A stretch of DNA of 64,000 bases from an uncultured delta proteobacterium (GTDB lineage: Bacteria > Myxococcota_A > Polyangia > Polyangiales > Polyangiaceae). The notes beneath the pieces were generated by a model, which had not been told where the DNA came from, ran no database searches, and saw only the letters and a list, made by a program, of their open reading frames with translations. Shown piece after piece: positions 1-10,470 of this stretch (position 1 is its first letter; the number at the start of each line of letters is the position of its first letter). The position numbers and the translations under genes are program-made. The DNA lies in contig CAWJCS010000005.1 of the NCBI GenBank assembly GCA_963841435.1, forward strand, positions 1,312,001-1,376,000. The letters are read 5' to 3'.

Positions 1-2925
1 GGTCCGCTCCTCGAGAAGTTCGTCAAATCGCTCGTCATGCGCGGGCGCACCGTGGACTTCCTGGTGGAGCTCATTCGACGCCTGCACGAGTGCACCAAAT
101 ACGTGATTCGCCTCGAGCCCGGAGTGCAGACGCCCGAGCAAACGCTCGAGCTCGCTAGCGGCTCGTGCCGCGACTCCGGCTGGCTCCTCGTTCAAATCCT
201 GCGCCGCCTCGGGCTCGCCGCACGCTTTGCTTCCGGCTACCTGATCCAGCTCAAGCCCGATCAGAAGTCGCTCGATGGCCCCTCCGGCGCCGAGCAAGAC
301 TTCACCGATCTGCACGCGTGGGCGGAGGTCTACCTGCCGGGCGCCGGCTGGGTCGGGCTCGACGCGACCTCCGGCCTTTTCACCGGGGAAGGCCACATTC
401 CGCTCGCCTGCACGCCTGACCCCTGGGGTGCCGCGCCGCTCACGGGCGTGATGGACGAGTGCGAAGCCGATCTCGTCCACGAGATGAAGGTGACGCGCAT
501 CGAGGAGTCGCCGCGCGTCACGCTGCCCTACAGCGAGGAGCAGTGGGCGCGCGTCGAGGCGCTCGCCGAGCGCGTTGACCGGGATCTGGTCGCAGGGGAC
601 GTCAGGCTCACGATGGGCGGCGAGCCGACCTTCGTGTCCATCGACGACATGGACGGATTCGAATGGAACTATGGCGCGCTCGGCGACGACAAGCGGCGGC
701 TCGCCGGCGCGCTGTTCCGGCGCCTGGCCGGCCACTTCGCGCACGCACCGCTTCTGCACTACGGCATGGGCAAGTGGTACCCCGGTGAGCAGCTGCCGCG
801 CTGGGCACTCGGCTGCTACTGGCGGAAGGACGGCGAGGCCATTTGGTCGGACGACGCCCGCTACGCGCGCGACGGCGAGAACGACAACGCCAAGGAAGGG
901 GACGCGAGCCGCCTGCTCGCCGCGGTGTCGCGGCACCTCGGCGTCGACGACCGCCACGCCCAGGCCGCTTACGAAGACGTGTTCTGGTACTCGCTGCGCG
1001 AGCGCCGCTTGCCCGTGAACGTCAACATTTCCGACAGCCGTATCGAGGACGAGATCGAGCGGGCACGCATCGCCCGGGTCTTCGAGCAGGGCATCGGCAG
1101 CGCCGTCGGCCACACCCTGCCGCTCCGGCCGATCGGCGGCGGACGCTGGCAGTCCGGCCCCTGGTTTTTGCGGCGCGAGCGGCTCTTTCTGACACCCGGT
1201 GATTCGCCCATGGGCTACCGGCTGCCGCTCGACTCGCTGCCGTGGGTCGCGCCCGGCGACTACCCCTACGTGATCCCGCCCGATCCCTTTGCGCCGCGTG
1301 ACGCCCTACCGCCCTGGGGCGGCCGACGCCGGCGCCAGCAGCCCGGCGAGCCGCACCCCGTCGTACGCGAGACGCCACCGAAGCGTCTCGAGTCGGACGA
1401 TCAGTCGGTGCGCACGGCGCTCTGCGCCGAGCCGCGCGACGGCATCCTGCACCTGTTCATGCCGCCGATCGCCCACCTCGAAGACTATCTCGATCTCCTG
1501 TTCGCCATCGAGGAGAGCGCGAAAGAGCTCGGGGCCCGCGTGCGCATCGAGGGGTACCTGCCGCCGAGCGACCCGCGACTCGAGAAGTTCTCCGTCACCC
1601 CCGACCCGGGAGTGATCGAGGTCAACATCCACCCGTCGAAGACCTTTGCCGAGCTGTCGCACGTCACGACCACGCTCTACGAGGAAGCGCGGCAAACGCG
1701 GCTCGGTACCGAGAAGTTCCTGCTCGACGGGCGCCACACCGGCACGGGCGGCGGCAACCACGTCACCCTCGGCGGCGCGACCCTGGAAGACAGCCCGTTT
1801 TTGCGCCGGCCGGATCTGCTCGGCAGCTTGATCGGCTATTGGCTCGACCACCCGGCGCTAAGCTACCTGTTTTCGGGCATGTTCATCGGGCCCACGAGCC
1901 AGGCGCCGCGCGTTGACGAAGCGCGCAGCGAGGCCACGCACGAGCTCGAAATCGCGCTCGGCGTGATCAGGGAGCTCGGCGCGCGACCCGTCGCGCCCTG
2001 GCTCACCGATCGGGTGTTCCGTCACTTGCTCGCCGACGTGACGGGCAACACGCACCGCACCGAGTTCTGTATCGACAAGCTCTATTCGCCGGACGGACCT
2101 ACGGGCCGGAACGGGCTCGTGGAAATGCGCGCGTTCGAAATGCCGCCGCACGCTCGCATGAGCCTCGCGCAGCTGCTGCTCGTGCGCGCCTGCGTTGCGG
2201 CCTTCTGGCACAAGCCGTACCGGGCGCACCTCCCCCGCTGGGGCACGGATCTACACGATCGCTTCATGCTGCCGCACTTCGTGAACCAGGATTTCCGCGA
2301 CGTGCTCGCCGACCTGGGCGACCGGGGGTACGCCTTCGATCGGCGCTGGTTCGACGCGCACTTCGAGTTCCGCTTCCCACTCGTCGGAACCATCACGCAC
2401 GACTCCGTGCAGCTCGAGCTACGCCGGGCCCTCGAGCCGTGGCACGTGCTGCCCGAGGAGAACGACGCAGGCAGCACGGCACGCAACGTCAACTCCTCGC
2501 TCGAGCGCGTGCAAGTGATGGTGCGAGGGGCCGTTCCGGGGCGTCACCTGGTCGCCTGCAACGGCTTCGTCGCGCCCCTGCACCCGACGGGAACGCGCGG
2601 CGAAGCGGTCGCCGGCGTTCGCTTCCGCGCGTGGCGCCTGCCGTCGGCGCTGCACCCCACGGTCCCGCCTCATGCCCCGCTCGTTTTCTCGCTGATCGAC
2701 AGCTGGACCGAGCGGGCGCTCGGCGGGTGCACGCTTTCGGTGAGTCACCCGGGCGGCCTCTCGCACGAGCGCTTCCCCGTCAACGCGATGGAGGCGGAGT
2801 CGCGACGCGGCGTCTTGTTCGTCCCGCTCGGTCACGCCCACGGGCGCATCGATCCGCGCGAGCTCGCGCGCCCGGTCAACCCGGATTTCCCGCTCACGCT
2901 GGATCTCCGGCGCACGCATGTCTGA
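1..2925 (+). CDS. Transglutaminase-like + DUF2126 (putative amidoligase) fusion protein, 5'-truncated by the window edge
   Basis: Transglutaminase motifs GSCRD, DLHAWAEVYLPGAGW, GLDAT; DUF2126-type motifs LTMGGEPTFVS, TPDPGVIEVN, HTGTGGGNH, GNTHRTEFCIDKLY; frame is open to position 1. Confidence 0.9.
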   Translation, partial: GPLLEKFVKSLVMRGRTVDFLVELIRRLHECTKYVIRLEPGVQTPEQTLELASGSCRDSGWLLVQILRRLGLAARFASGYLIQLKPDQKSLDGPSGAEQDFTDLHAWAEVYLPGAGWVGLDATSGLFTGEGHIPLACTPDPWGAAPLTGVMDECEADLVHEMKVTRIEESPRVTLPYSEEQWARVEALAERVDRDLVAGDVRLTMGGEPTFVSIDDMDGFEWNYGALGDDKRRLAGALFRRLAGHFAHAPLLHYGMGKWYPGEQLPRWALGCYWRKDGEAIWSDDARYARDGENDNAKEGDASRLLAAVSRHLGVDDRHAQAAYEDVFWYSLRERRLPVNVNISDSRIEDEIERARIARVFEQGIGSAVGHTLPLRPIGGGRWQSGPWFLRRERLFLTPGDSPMGYRLPLDSLPWVAPGDYPYVIPPDPFAPRDALPPWGGRRRRQQPGEPHPVVRETPPKRLESDDQSVRTALCAEPRDGILHLFMPPIAHLEDYLDLLFAIEESAKELGARVRIEGYLPPSDPRLEKFSVTPDPGVIEVNIHPSKTFAELSHVTTTLYEEARQTRLGTEKFLLDGRHTGTGGGNHVTLGGATLEDSPFLRRPDLLGSLIGYWLDHPALSYLFSGMFIGPTSQAPRVDEARSEATHELEIALGVIRELGARPVAPWLTDRVFRHLLADVTGNTHRTEFCIDKLYSPDGPTGRNGLVEMRAFEMPPHARMSLAQLLLVRACVAAFWHKPYRAHLPRWGTDLHDRFMLPHFVNQDFRDVLADLGDRGYAFDRRWFDAHFEFRFPLVGTITHDSVQLELRRALEPWHVLPEENDAGSTARNVNSSLERVQVMVRGAVPGRHLVACNGFVAPLHPTGTRGEAVAGVRFRAWRLPSALHPTVPPHAPLVFSLIDSWTERALGGCTLSVSHPGGLSHERFPVNAMEAESRRGVLFVPLGHAHGRIDPRELARPVNPDFPLTLDLRRTHV

Positions 2926-2975
2926 TTCGCCATCGCCACCCCCCGCCATCCGTGCGATACCACGGTGTGCGTCGG

Positions 2976-3398
2976 ATGCCTCGCCCGTGGTTGCTGGCGC
3001 TCGCGCTCGTCCTTTCGGCGTGCGCGAGCAGCCGCGGCACCGAGCCGGTGCCCAACGATCGGGCGCGAGCCGACGATCGCTTGCAGGGCGAGTGGGTGCT
3101 GATGTCGTTCCAGCCAGCCATGGCGGTCGAGCCGATGCTCGCCTCGTTGCTGGCGGCGCAGATGGGCAAGCTCACGGTGACGTTCCGCGCGGGCGCCATG
3201 GGGGTGTCGGGTGTCGGGGTTGCAGGCGATCGGACTTACCGGGTCATCCAGGCGACGGAAGACGGTTTTTCAGGCGTCGTGACCGACCCCGAAGGAGTGG
3301 CATACCGAGTCACGGGGGGATTCGAAGGTCTCGACTTGCGCTTCGCGTCGGAAACCGACCCCTGGCGGGGAACCGGGCGATTGCACCGGGTGCGTTGA
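2976..3398 (+). CDS. Small lipoprotein, possible lipocalin-like beta-barrel
   Basis: ATG 2976, signal with lipobox LSAC, then LQGEW and beta-strand-rich sequence. Confidence 0.65.
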   Translation: MPRPWLLALALVLSACASSRGTEPVPNDRARADDRLQGEWVLMSFQPAMAVEPMLASLLAAQMGKLTVTFRAGAMGVSGVGVAGDRTYRVIQATEDGFSGVVTDPEGVAYRVTGGFEGLDLRFASETDPWRGTGRLHRVR

Positions 3399-3438
3399 CA
3401 CGCCGCCTGCGACACCTGACATTCGGGGGAGCGGACGC

Positions 3439-5976
3439 ATGAACGAGGCCCGCGCGCCCTCCTATCCGCCCGAAGGGTTCCGGTATGCCGTGAACCCGGC
3501 GGTCTACGACGAGGCGTTCACTCGGGAAGGCGTCCCTCGTTCCCATCACGCCGAGCTCTGGCGCGGTCTCGAAGCGCTGGGCACCGGAGAGCTCGGCAAG
3601 CGTTGGGAACAGGGGCGGCGTCTCGTCCGCGAGAACGGCGTCACCTACAACGTGTACGGGGACCCGCGCGGGATGGATCGGCCTTGGGTGCTCGACCCCA
3701 TCCCCTTGATGATCGGCGCCACGGAGTGGGCGAAGCTCGCGAGCGGCCTCGATCAGCGCGCGCGTGCGCTCGATGCCTTGCTTGCCGACCTCTACGGCCC
3801 CGCGCGCGTGCTCAGCGAGGGGCTCCTGCCGCCCGAGCTCGTGCTCGGATGTCCCGGTTTTTTGCGCCCACTCGTGGGTGCGACACCGACGGGCGGCGTG
3901 CACCTGCACCTTTACGCCGCTGACCTCGCACGCTCGCCCGACGGCACCTTCTGGGTGCTCGGTGATCGCACGCAGGCGCCCTCGGGAGCCGGCTATGCGC
4001 TCGAGAACCGCATCGTCGTGTCGCGGCTCTTGCCGCAGCTTTTCCGTGATTGCCGCGTCGAGCGCCTCGCCCCGTTCTTCAGCGCTTTGCGCGAATCCCT
4101 GGCGAATCTCGCGCCTCGCTCGCGCGAGCAGCCGCGCGTCGTGCTGCTGACGCCGGGCGCCTACAACGAAACGTACTTCGAGCACGCCTACCTCGCGCGT
4201 TACCTCGGCTACTCGCTCGTCGAGGGCGCGGATCTCACCGTGCGTGATCATACGGTGTATCTGAAGACGCTCGGTGGGCTCGAGCGCGTCGACGTCATCC
4301 TCAGGCGTATCGACGACGGCTTTTGCGATCCACTGAGTTTGCGCAGCGACTCGACGCTCGGCATCGCGGGCCTCGTGCGCGCCGTGCGGCACGGCAACGT
4401 CACCGTCGCGAACTCCCTCGGCAGCGGGCTCGTCGAATCGCCCGCCCTGCTGGCGTTCTTGCCGGCACTCTGCCAGTTCTTGCTCGACGAGCCGCTCGCC
4501 GTTCCGTCGGTCGCCACGTGGTGGTGCGGCGAGCAGCCGGCGCTCGACTACGTCATCGATCATCTGCCGGAGCTCGTCATCAAGCCGGCCTTCTTCGGGC
4601 CCTCCGCGCCGGAGCCCGTGTTCGGCGGCTCGCTCTCGACGGCGGAGCGAGCCGAGCTCGGCAAGCGCATCCGGGCTCGGCCGGGCGCTTTCGTGGGGCA
4701 GGAGCAGGTGGCGCTATCGACGGCACCGGTGTGGGCCGGCGAGGCCGTTCAGCCTCGGCACGTGTCGCTGCGCGCGTTCCTGGCGCTCGGCCCGAGCGGC
4801 TACGTCGCACTGCCGGGCGCCCTCACGCGCGTTTCGAGCTCGCGCAACTCGCTCGTGGTTTCGATGCAGCGCGGCGGCGGCAGCAAGGATACCTGGGTGC
4901 TGTCGAGCGGGCTGCCGAGCTCGCTGTCGCTCTTGCGTCCGCAGGGGGGTCGCGTCGCCATCGTGCGCAGCCGCGCCGATCTGCCGAGCCGCGTCGCCGA
5001 CAACATGTTCTGGCTCGGGCGCTACACCGAGCGCGCCGAAGGCACCGCGCGCCTGCTCCGCAGCGTCATTGCTCGGCTCACGGACGACGCGCTCGGCGGG
5101 CGCAGCCGCGAGCTAGAAGTGCTCATCAGCGCGCTCGAGAGCGGCACCGAGCTCCCCCCGGGCACGCTCACGGGCGGAGGCGCGCGGCTCGAGCGGCGCC
5201 TCTTCGAGCTGCTCGTCGCACCCACCCCGCCGCGCACGCTACGCGCAAGCATCGAGTCGGCGTTCCGCGCCGGGTCCCTCGCCCGCGACCGCCTCTCCTC
5301 GGACACCTGGCGCACCCTCGCGCAGCTGCACGAGCAGGTGCTCGAGTTCGAGCTGCGCCAGCGTCTGGAGCTCGGCGACGCGCTGGAGGCGCTCAATCGG
5401 CTCGTGCTCGGCTTCGCCGCCTTCAGCGGCCTCGTCATGGAAAACATGACGCACAACCCCGGCTGGAGCTTCGCGGACATCGGGCGGCGCATCGAACGCG
5501 CGATGCTCATCGCCCACCTGGTGCGCGCAACCCTCGTCGAGAGCAGCGACGAGACCACGTTCGACGGGCTCCTCGAGGTCGCCGACAGCACCATCACGTA
5601 CCGAGCGCGCTACCGCGGCCTCGTCGCCCTCGAGCCCGTGCTCGACCTCGTGCTCACCGACGAGACCAACCCCCGCTCGGTGGCCTACCAGCTCGTCGCG
5701 ATCGACGAGCACCTGAAGACGCTGCCAGGAACGGAGCGCGGCGCCGGCCTCACGCCGAGCGCGCGCACGGCACTGCGCGACCTCTCCTCCATCCGCCTCG
5801 CCGACCTCTCGACGCTCTCGCGCACCGGTCCCGACGGCAAACGGGAACGTCTCGACGAGCTCTGTGCCGCGCTCGAGAGCGACCTGCCGCTGCTCGCCGA
5901 CCAGCTCACGTTGGCGTACCTCGCCCACGCCGAGCCGTCCATCTCGCTCGGCAGCCTCGAAGAGCGCGCGGTCTAG
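3439..5976 (+). CDS. Circularly permuted type 2 ATP-grasp fused to alpha-E domain
   Basis: ENGVTYNVY, DRTQAPSGAGYALENR, NETYFEHAYLA, MQRGGGSKDTWV; C-terminal alpha-E motifs LPSRVADNMFWLGRYTERAE, GRRIER, NPRSVAYQ. Confidence 0.92.
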   Translation: MNEARAPSYPPEGFRYAVNPAVYDEAFTREGVPRSHHAELWRGLEALGTGELGKRWEQGRRLVRENGVTYNVYGDPRGMDRPWVLDPIPLMIGATEWAKLASGLDQRARALDALLADLYGPARVLSEGLLPPELVLGCPGFLRPLVGATPTGGVHLHLYAADLARSPDGTFWVLGDRTQAPSGAGYALENRIVVSRLLPQLFRDCRVERLAPFFSALRESLANLAPRSREQPRVVLLTPGAYNETYFEHAYLARYLGYSLVEGADLTVRDHTVYLKTLGGLERVDVILRRIDDGFCDPLSLRSDSTLGIAGLVRAVRHGNVTVANSLGSGLVESPALLAFLPALCQFLLDEPLAVPSVATWWCGEQPALDYVIDHLPELVIKPAFFGPSAPEPVFGGSLSTAERAELGKRIRARPGAFVGQEQVALSTAPVWAGEAVQPRHVSLRAFLALGPSGYVALPGALTRVSSSRNSLVVSMQRGGGSKDTWVLSSGLPSSLSLLRPQGGRVAIVRSRADLPSRVADNMFWLGRYTERAEGTARLLRSVIARLTDDALGGRSRELEVLISALESGTELPPGTLTGGGARLERRLFELLVAPTPPRTLRASIESAFRAGSLARDRLSSDTWRTLAQLHEQVLEFELRQRLELGDALEALNRLVLGFAAFSGLVMENMTHNPGWSFADIGRRIERAMLIAHLVRATLVESSDETTFDGLLEVADSTITYRARYRGLVALEPVLDLVLTDETNPRSVAYQLVAIDEHLKTLPGTERGAGLTPSARTALRDLSSIRLADLSTLSRTGPDGKRERLDELCAALESDLPLLADQLTLAYLAHAEPSISLGSLEERAV

Positions 5977-6028
5977 TCCGCACCGCGCTGCGAGCGCGAG
6001 CGGACGTCGTGGCGTGCAGCGCTGGACC

Positions 6029-7672
6029 CTACTTGCGTTCGGCAAACCAGATCCCGGCGGACGAACCGTGCGACACCGTGTAGAGCAGGCCTTCGGAGCT
6101 TTGCAAGAAGCTCGCGACGCCCTCGTTCACGAACCCCGTGAAACCGAGCTCGTAGTTGTAGTACTCGAGCCTGCCCGTTTCGGCGCCGTGCTCGTTCGCG
6201 ATCCACGCAATGCCGGGCAGCGTGTTGTCGATGAAACCGTGCCGAGGGTGGAGCGCGTGCATCGTCAGCACGCGACCGGGTTGCGCTCGATCGTCGAGTA
6301 GAGTGAGCGTGCCGCGGACGCCGTCGTAGTGGTCGAAGGTGACGCCGTGTCGAAGCTGGCCGTCGGCGTACCGGTATTGCGACGTCGGGACGCGCTCGAG
6401 CTCCGTCGCTGCGGAGCCGGCGACGAGCACCTGGAAATCGCCGACGACACCGTCGAAATTCGCAAGAAAGCCGGGCCCCGGGCTCGAGCGCCACACCCTT
6501 TGTGCGAGCAAGGTCGTCTCGCCGTGCGCCTCGCGACGCACGAAGTTACCCGTGTCGCTCTCGACATCGACGAGGGCGCGTACGTCGCCCTCGTCGTTTT
6601 CGAGATGGGCCCATTCGAGCGCCGCCCGCCGGCCCACCTCCACCTCTTCACCGTCCGGATCGCGGACCAAGAGCGTTCCGAGCGCCTCGTCCGCGTCGAC
6701 GTCTCTCAGGTACAGAAGCCACCACTTCGGTGGATCGACGAACGTGCGAATATTGAGGAAGCGCGGGTTGACGTCCGTTCCGAGCTCGAACACCCGCTCG
6801 GTGCCTTCCGTCCAGAGCTTGTCGTGCCCCGAGCCGCACGGATCCTCGTAGACGACGAGGAACGGCTGGCTCTGCGGAATGCCGAACCGACATCCAGCGG
6901 GAGCGATGTTGACGACCGAGCCGGTGGGCGTCGCCCGGTGAATGCCGTGGTCGTCCTCGAAAAACAGGGTGTCCAGCGACGCCGTGAGGCCCGCACGCTT
7001 CACCCCGTCCCCCAGCGTCGCGAGGTGTGACCCGTCCTTCGCAAAGAGCTCGAGCTTGCCGGATGCAACCACCGCCCAAGAGCCCTGGGCCGGCCGCAAC
7101 ACGAACGAGACGTTGTGACCCAACACGGCCGTGGTGCCCCGGGCCACGGCGACACGCAACAGATCGCCACCCGCGAACACGACGAGGTCGCCACCAGAAA
7201 ACGAGCCGATCGGCAGCGAGGCGTCGGGGATCGCGAGCTCGAACGTCTCGCACCGCGGGTCCGCGAAGCGCAGTGTGCCGCGCGGCCCCGGGCCGTCGAG
7301 GTACGCGAGCATGGGCTCGCCGGGCGCCGCAAACTGGATCTTGGAGTACGTGCCGACGTTCGGCACGCGACAGAGGTCGCCGTCCGTGTAGCCGAGCACG
7401 GTGAGCGAGGCGTCGCCCGGCGTTGCCGAGCGAGCCAGAAGGGAGAGCCTCGCCGCGATGACGGCGTCGCCGTCGCCGGCGATGAAGTCGAGCTCGCCGT
7501 ATTCGCCGGTCGCCAGGCGCGCGCCGGGCGCGTTCAGGTACGTGCCGGTCGAGGGGAGGATCGTCTCGCGCGCCTGGTCGAGCCCACTTAGGATGTCACA
7601 ACCCATGGCGAAAACGGCGAGCAAGCAGCCGCCGAACCCCCACGACGACGAAGGACGGGCCCGCGCGCGCAT
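6029..7672 (-). CDS. Hypothetical lipoprotein, beta-rich (possible propeller)
   Basis: 547-aa ORF with lipobox-like FAMGC; start overlaps the upstream gene's stop. Confidence 0.7.
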   Translation of the reverse strand: MRARARPSSSWGFGGCLLAVFAMGCDILSGLDQARETILPSTGTYLNAPGARLATGEYGELDFIAGDGDAVIAARLSLLARSATPGDASLTVLGYTDGDLCRVPNVGTYSKIQFAAPGEPMLAYLDGPGPRGTLRFADPRCETFELAIPDASLPIGSFSGGDLVVFAGGDLLRVAVARGTTAVLGHNVSFVLRPAQGSWAVVASGKLELFAKDGSHLATLGDGVKRAGLTASLDTLFFEDDHGIHRATPTGSVVNIAPAGCRFGIPQSQPFLVVYEDPCGSGHDKLWTEGTERVFELGTDVNPRFLNIRTFVDPPKWWLLYLRDVDADEALGTLLVRDPDGEEVEVGRRAALEWAHLENDEGDVRALVDVESDTGNFVRREAHGETTLLAQRVWRSSPGPGFLANFDGVVGDFQVLVAGSAATELERVPTSQYRYADGQLRHGVTFDHYDGVRGTLTLLDDRAQPGRVLTMHALHPRHGFIDNTLPGIAWIANEHGAETGRLEYYNYELGFTGFVNEGVASFLQSSEGLLYTVSHGSSAGIWFAERK

Positions 7673-8898
7673 CAGCCCACGATCCGCGAAACGGTCCAGA
7701 GCACGCCGAAGAGCGCAACGCCGAACGATCCCAACCGACGGACCCTGGGCTCGAGCCCGGCCCGCTTCGCGGCGAGCGCGAGCAGGGCGAGAGCGAGCAC
7801 CACCACGGCAAGCTGACCGAGCTCCACGCCCAGGTTGAACGAAAGGAGGGCGAGCAAGAACGACCCCGCGGGCAGCCCGGTCTCCGCGAGGGCGCCCGCG
7901 AACCCCTGCCCGTGAATCAGCCCGAAGGCGAGCACCACGAACGGGCGATAGCGCTCCCTACCCTCGGCAACGAGGTTCTCCACGCCGATGAACGCGATCG
8001 AGAGCGCGATGAGCGGCTCGACCACGCGGCTCGGCACGACGACCCAGCCGAGTGCTCCCAAACCAAGCGTCAGGGTATGAGCGAGCGTGAACAAGCTCAA
8101 GAGCAACAGGAGCCGCCTCGGGCGCAGGCCCGCGCCGAGCACGAGCCCGACCACGAACAGCACGTGATCGAAGCCGTTCGGTAGGATGTGGGTGATCCCG
8201 AGCGTCAGGTACCTGACGAACGTGCGCCCGGCGCTTTCCTCCGCGAAGCCGGTGGCCGGCGTGGCAGCGTTCGGCGGCGGGGGCCTCGGCATAGGCCCGG
8301 CACGTGACGCACTCGGCTCGGCGGGGGGCGACGCGCGACGGCGACCGGGGAGTGACAGCTCACCCGGGGGCACGGAGCGCCAGGCCACGTCGGCGGGCTC
8401 GTCGCCGAAGCGATAGGGCACGGTCCATTCGCCGCCGAGCACGAGCGTGCTGAGCGGCCCCGCGCTCGGGCCGCGATCGGCGCGCTCCACCGCCACGGCG
8501 AGCGCGCGAAACGGCTTGCCGGCGAACACGCGAAGCTCGCGCGGGTGCGGGGGCAGCGCCGCGTCGAGCATCACGGTGTCGCCGAGCGTGGCGCCGGCCG
8601 GGACCCAGAGCTCGCGCAGCTTGCGCCGGAGCCGGAGCGGCTGACCGTCGACCTCGACCACCAGGTTCCTCTCGAGGAAGGCGAGCACTCTCGGCTCGAG
8701 CAGGTCGCGGCGCACGGGGTCGCTCGGGTTGCGCGTGAGGGCCGGATCGAACGTGACCTGACCACGCAGCGTGCCGCGGGCCGGATCCGGCCGCAACGTC
8801 ACCTGGTCGATCTCGAGATCGTGCGCTCGTGCGCGACCGAGGACCGAAAGCACGAGCGCCGCGAGCAAAAGGGCGGCGCGTAGCGGCGCGGCGCTCAT
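7672..8898 (-). CDS. HupE/UreJ family membrane protein with N-terminal exported domain
   Basis: Signal ending ARAH; GITHILPNGFDHVLF, FTLAHTLTL, VEPLIALSI, FGLIHGQGFA, FNLGVELGQ. Confidence 0.88.
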   Translation of the reverse strand: MSAAPLRAALLLAALVLSVLGRARAHDLEIDQVTLRPDPARGTLRGQVTFDPALTRNPSDPVRRDLLEPRVLAFLERNLVVEVDGQPLRLRRKLRELWVPAGATLGDTVMLDAALPPHPRELRVFAGKPFRALAVAVERADRGPSAGPLSTLVLGGEWTVPYRFGDEPADVAWRSVPPGELSLPGRRRASPPAEPSASRAGPMPRPPPPNAATPATGFAEESAGRTFVRYLTLGITHILPNGFDHVLFVVGLVLGAGLRPRRLLLLLSLFTLAHTLTLGLGALGWVVVPSRVVEPLIALSIAFIGVENLVAEGRERYRPFVVLAFGLIHGQGFAGALAETGLPAGSFLLALLSFNLGVELGQLAVVVLALALLALAAKRAGLEPRVRRLGSFGVALFGVLWTVSRIVG

Positions 8899-9551
8899 CT
8901 TCTGGCGCGCTCCGCCGCGAGGGCGACCGACGCGATCCACGCCATGAACAACAGCGCCGTCACCTTCTGCAAGGCGGGCAACCAAGGGACGCAGGCCGCC
9001 GACGCCGCGACGGCCCACGCGTAGCCGGCAGCATTGCTCGCTCCTGCGATGACCCCGGAGGCTCCGAGCAGCCCGAGCAAGCGGTGCGAGCGTGCGAACA
9101 GGCCAGCGACGAAAGCGAGCGCCGCGGCGAGACCGGGTAAGGTCGCGATGAAAACGAGCGCGACGTGCAGAGACGGCGCGAGCGCGGACGGTGCCCAAGC
9201 GATGAGGTTGGTCGCCCCCGCGGAGACGAGGCCGAGGCCTCGCACCCAGGAGCCGATGCGCCGACTCGAAAGCCCGCCGGCGAGCCACCAGAAGGGCGCC
9301 GTCGCGGCGGAGAAACAGGCGAAGGCAAGGCGTGCGTAGGCCGCGCTGAGCGCGTTGTCCGCGCCGCGCCGCGTGACACGTGCCGTGAGGTCGCAGAAGA
9401 AGTTCCCCCAGAACCGATGACCGACCGCACCCGGCTCGCAGTAGGTCCCGCCGGGGTACGCGCGTGCGGCCAGCGCCATGAAAAGGACGAACAGCGCGAG
9501 GGTGAGAAGCGAAAGCGCGGCGAGAGCCCGGGAAAATCGCGCGCTTGCCAT
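8895..9551 (-). CDS. Hypothetical integral membrane protein (DUF998-like)
   Basis: About 5-6 hydrophobic segments, YPGG...FWGNFFCDL motif; 4-bp overlap with the next gene. Confidence 0.65.
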   Translation of the reverse strand: MASARFSRALAALSLLTLALFVLFMALAARAYPGGTYCEPGAVGHRFWGNFFCDLTARVTRRGADNALSAAYARLAFACFSAATAPFWWLAGGLSSRRIGSWVRGLGLVSAGATNLIAWAPSALAPSLHVALVFIATLPGLAAALAFVAGLFARSHRLLGLLGASGVIAGASNAAGYAWAVAASAACVPWLPALQKVTALLFMAWIASVALAAERARR

Positions 9552-9568
9552 GCTACGCTCGCCCTCGG

Positions 9569-10438
9569 ATGTACCGCATCACGCACCTGACCAGCTACGA
9601 GTACTCGGACGCCGTGTCGATCTGCCACAACGAAGCACGCCTCACTCCGCGAACCACCGAGCACCAGCAGGTCATCCGCAGCCAACTGTTGGTCGAGCCC
9701 GCCGTCGCCATGCTCGACCAGGATATCGACTACTTCGGCAACGTGGTGCATTGGTTCTCGCTGCAGGAGGCGCACTCGCACCTGTCGGTAACGGCGGTGA
9801 GCGAGGTCGACGTGTCCCCGTTCCAGGCGCCCGCGGCCGGCCTTTCGGGAGCCTGGGAGGTCACGCGCGACCACGTGCACGAGGATCGCAGCCCCGAATC
9901 CCTCGCCGCCTACGAGCTTACCTTCGAATCACCCCACGTGCGCTTCGATGCCGACCTCATCGCATACGCCAAAGTCTCGTTTTTGCCGGGGCGCCCCTTG
10001 CTCGAGGCGGCGCTCGACCTGACGCGCCGGATCCACGCCGAATTCCAGTACCAGCCGGGCTCCACCACGGTCGCGACGCCGCTCCGCGAGGTGCTGCGTG
10101 CGCGCCGCGGCGTCTGTCAGGACTTTGCGCACCTACAAATTGCCATGCTCCGTTCGCTGGGGCTCCCGGCCCGATACGTCTCCGGGTACGTGTTCAACCA
10201 GCCCCGTGCGGGCCAGCCGCGCCTCACGGGCGCCGATGCCTCGCATGCGTGGCTCGGCGTCTACGTGCCGAGCTTCGGCTACGTCGACTTCGACCCGACC
10301 AACGGCGTGATCCCTTCCGACGAGCACGTGACGGTGGCCTGGGGCCGCGACTTCAGCGACGCGAGCCCGCTCAAGGGCGTCATCCTCGGCGGCGGCGACC
10401 ACGTGCTGAAGGTCGCCGTGGACGTCTCCGAGGCCTGA
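9569..10438 (+). CDS. Transglutaminase-like protein (bacterial N-terminal domain + core)
   Basis: MYRITHLTSYEY; catalytic motifs GVCQDFAH, ARYVSGY, ASHAW, DFDPTN, GRDFSD. Confidence 0.92.
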   Translation: MYRITHLTSYEYSDAVSICHNEARLTPRTTEHQQVIRSQLLVEPAVAMLDQDIDYFGNVVHWFSLQEAHSHLSVTAVSEVDVSPFQAPAAGLSGAWEVTRDHVHEDRSPESLAAYELTFESPHVRFDADLIAYAKVSFLPGRPLLEAALDLTRRIHAEFQYQPGSTTVATPLREVLRARRGVCQDFAHLQIAMLRSLGLPARYVSGYVFNQPRAGQPRLTGADASHAWLGVYVPSFGYVDFDPTNGVIPSDEHVTVAWGRDFSDASPLKGVILGGGDHVLKVAVDVSEA

Positions 10439-10470
10439 GGCGCTAAGCGGCGCGGGCAAGCGTCGGGCGC

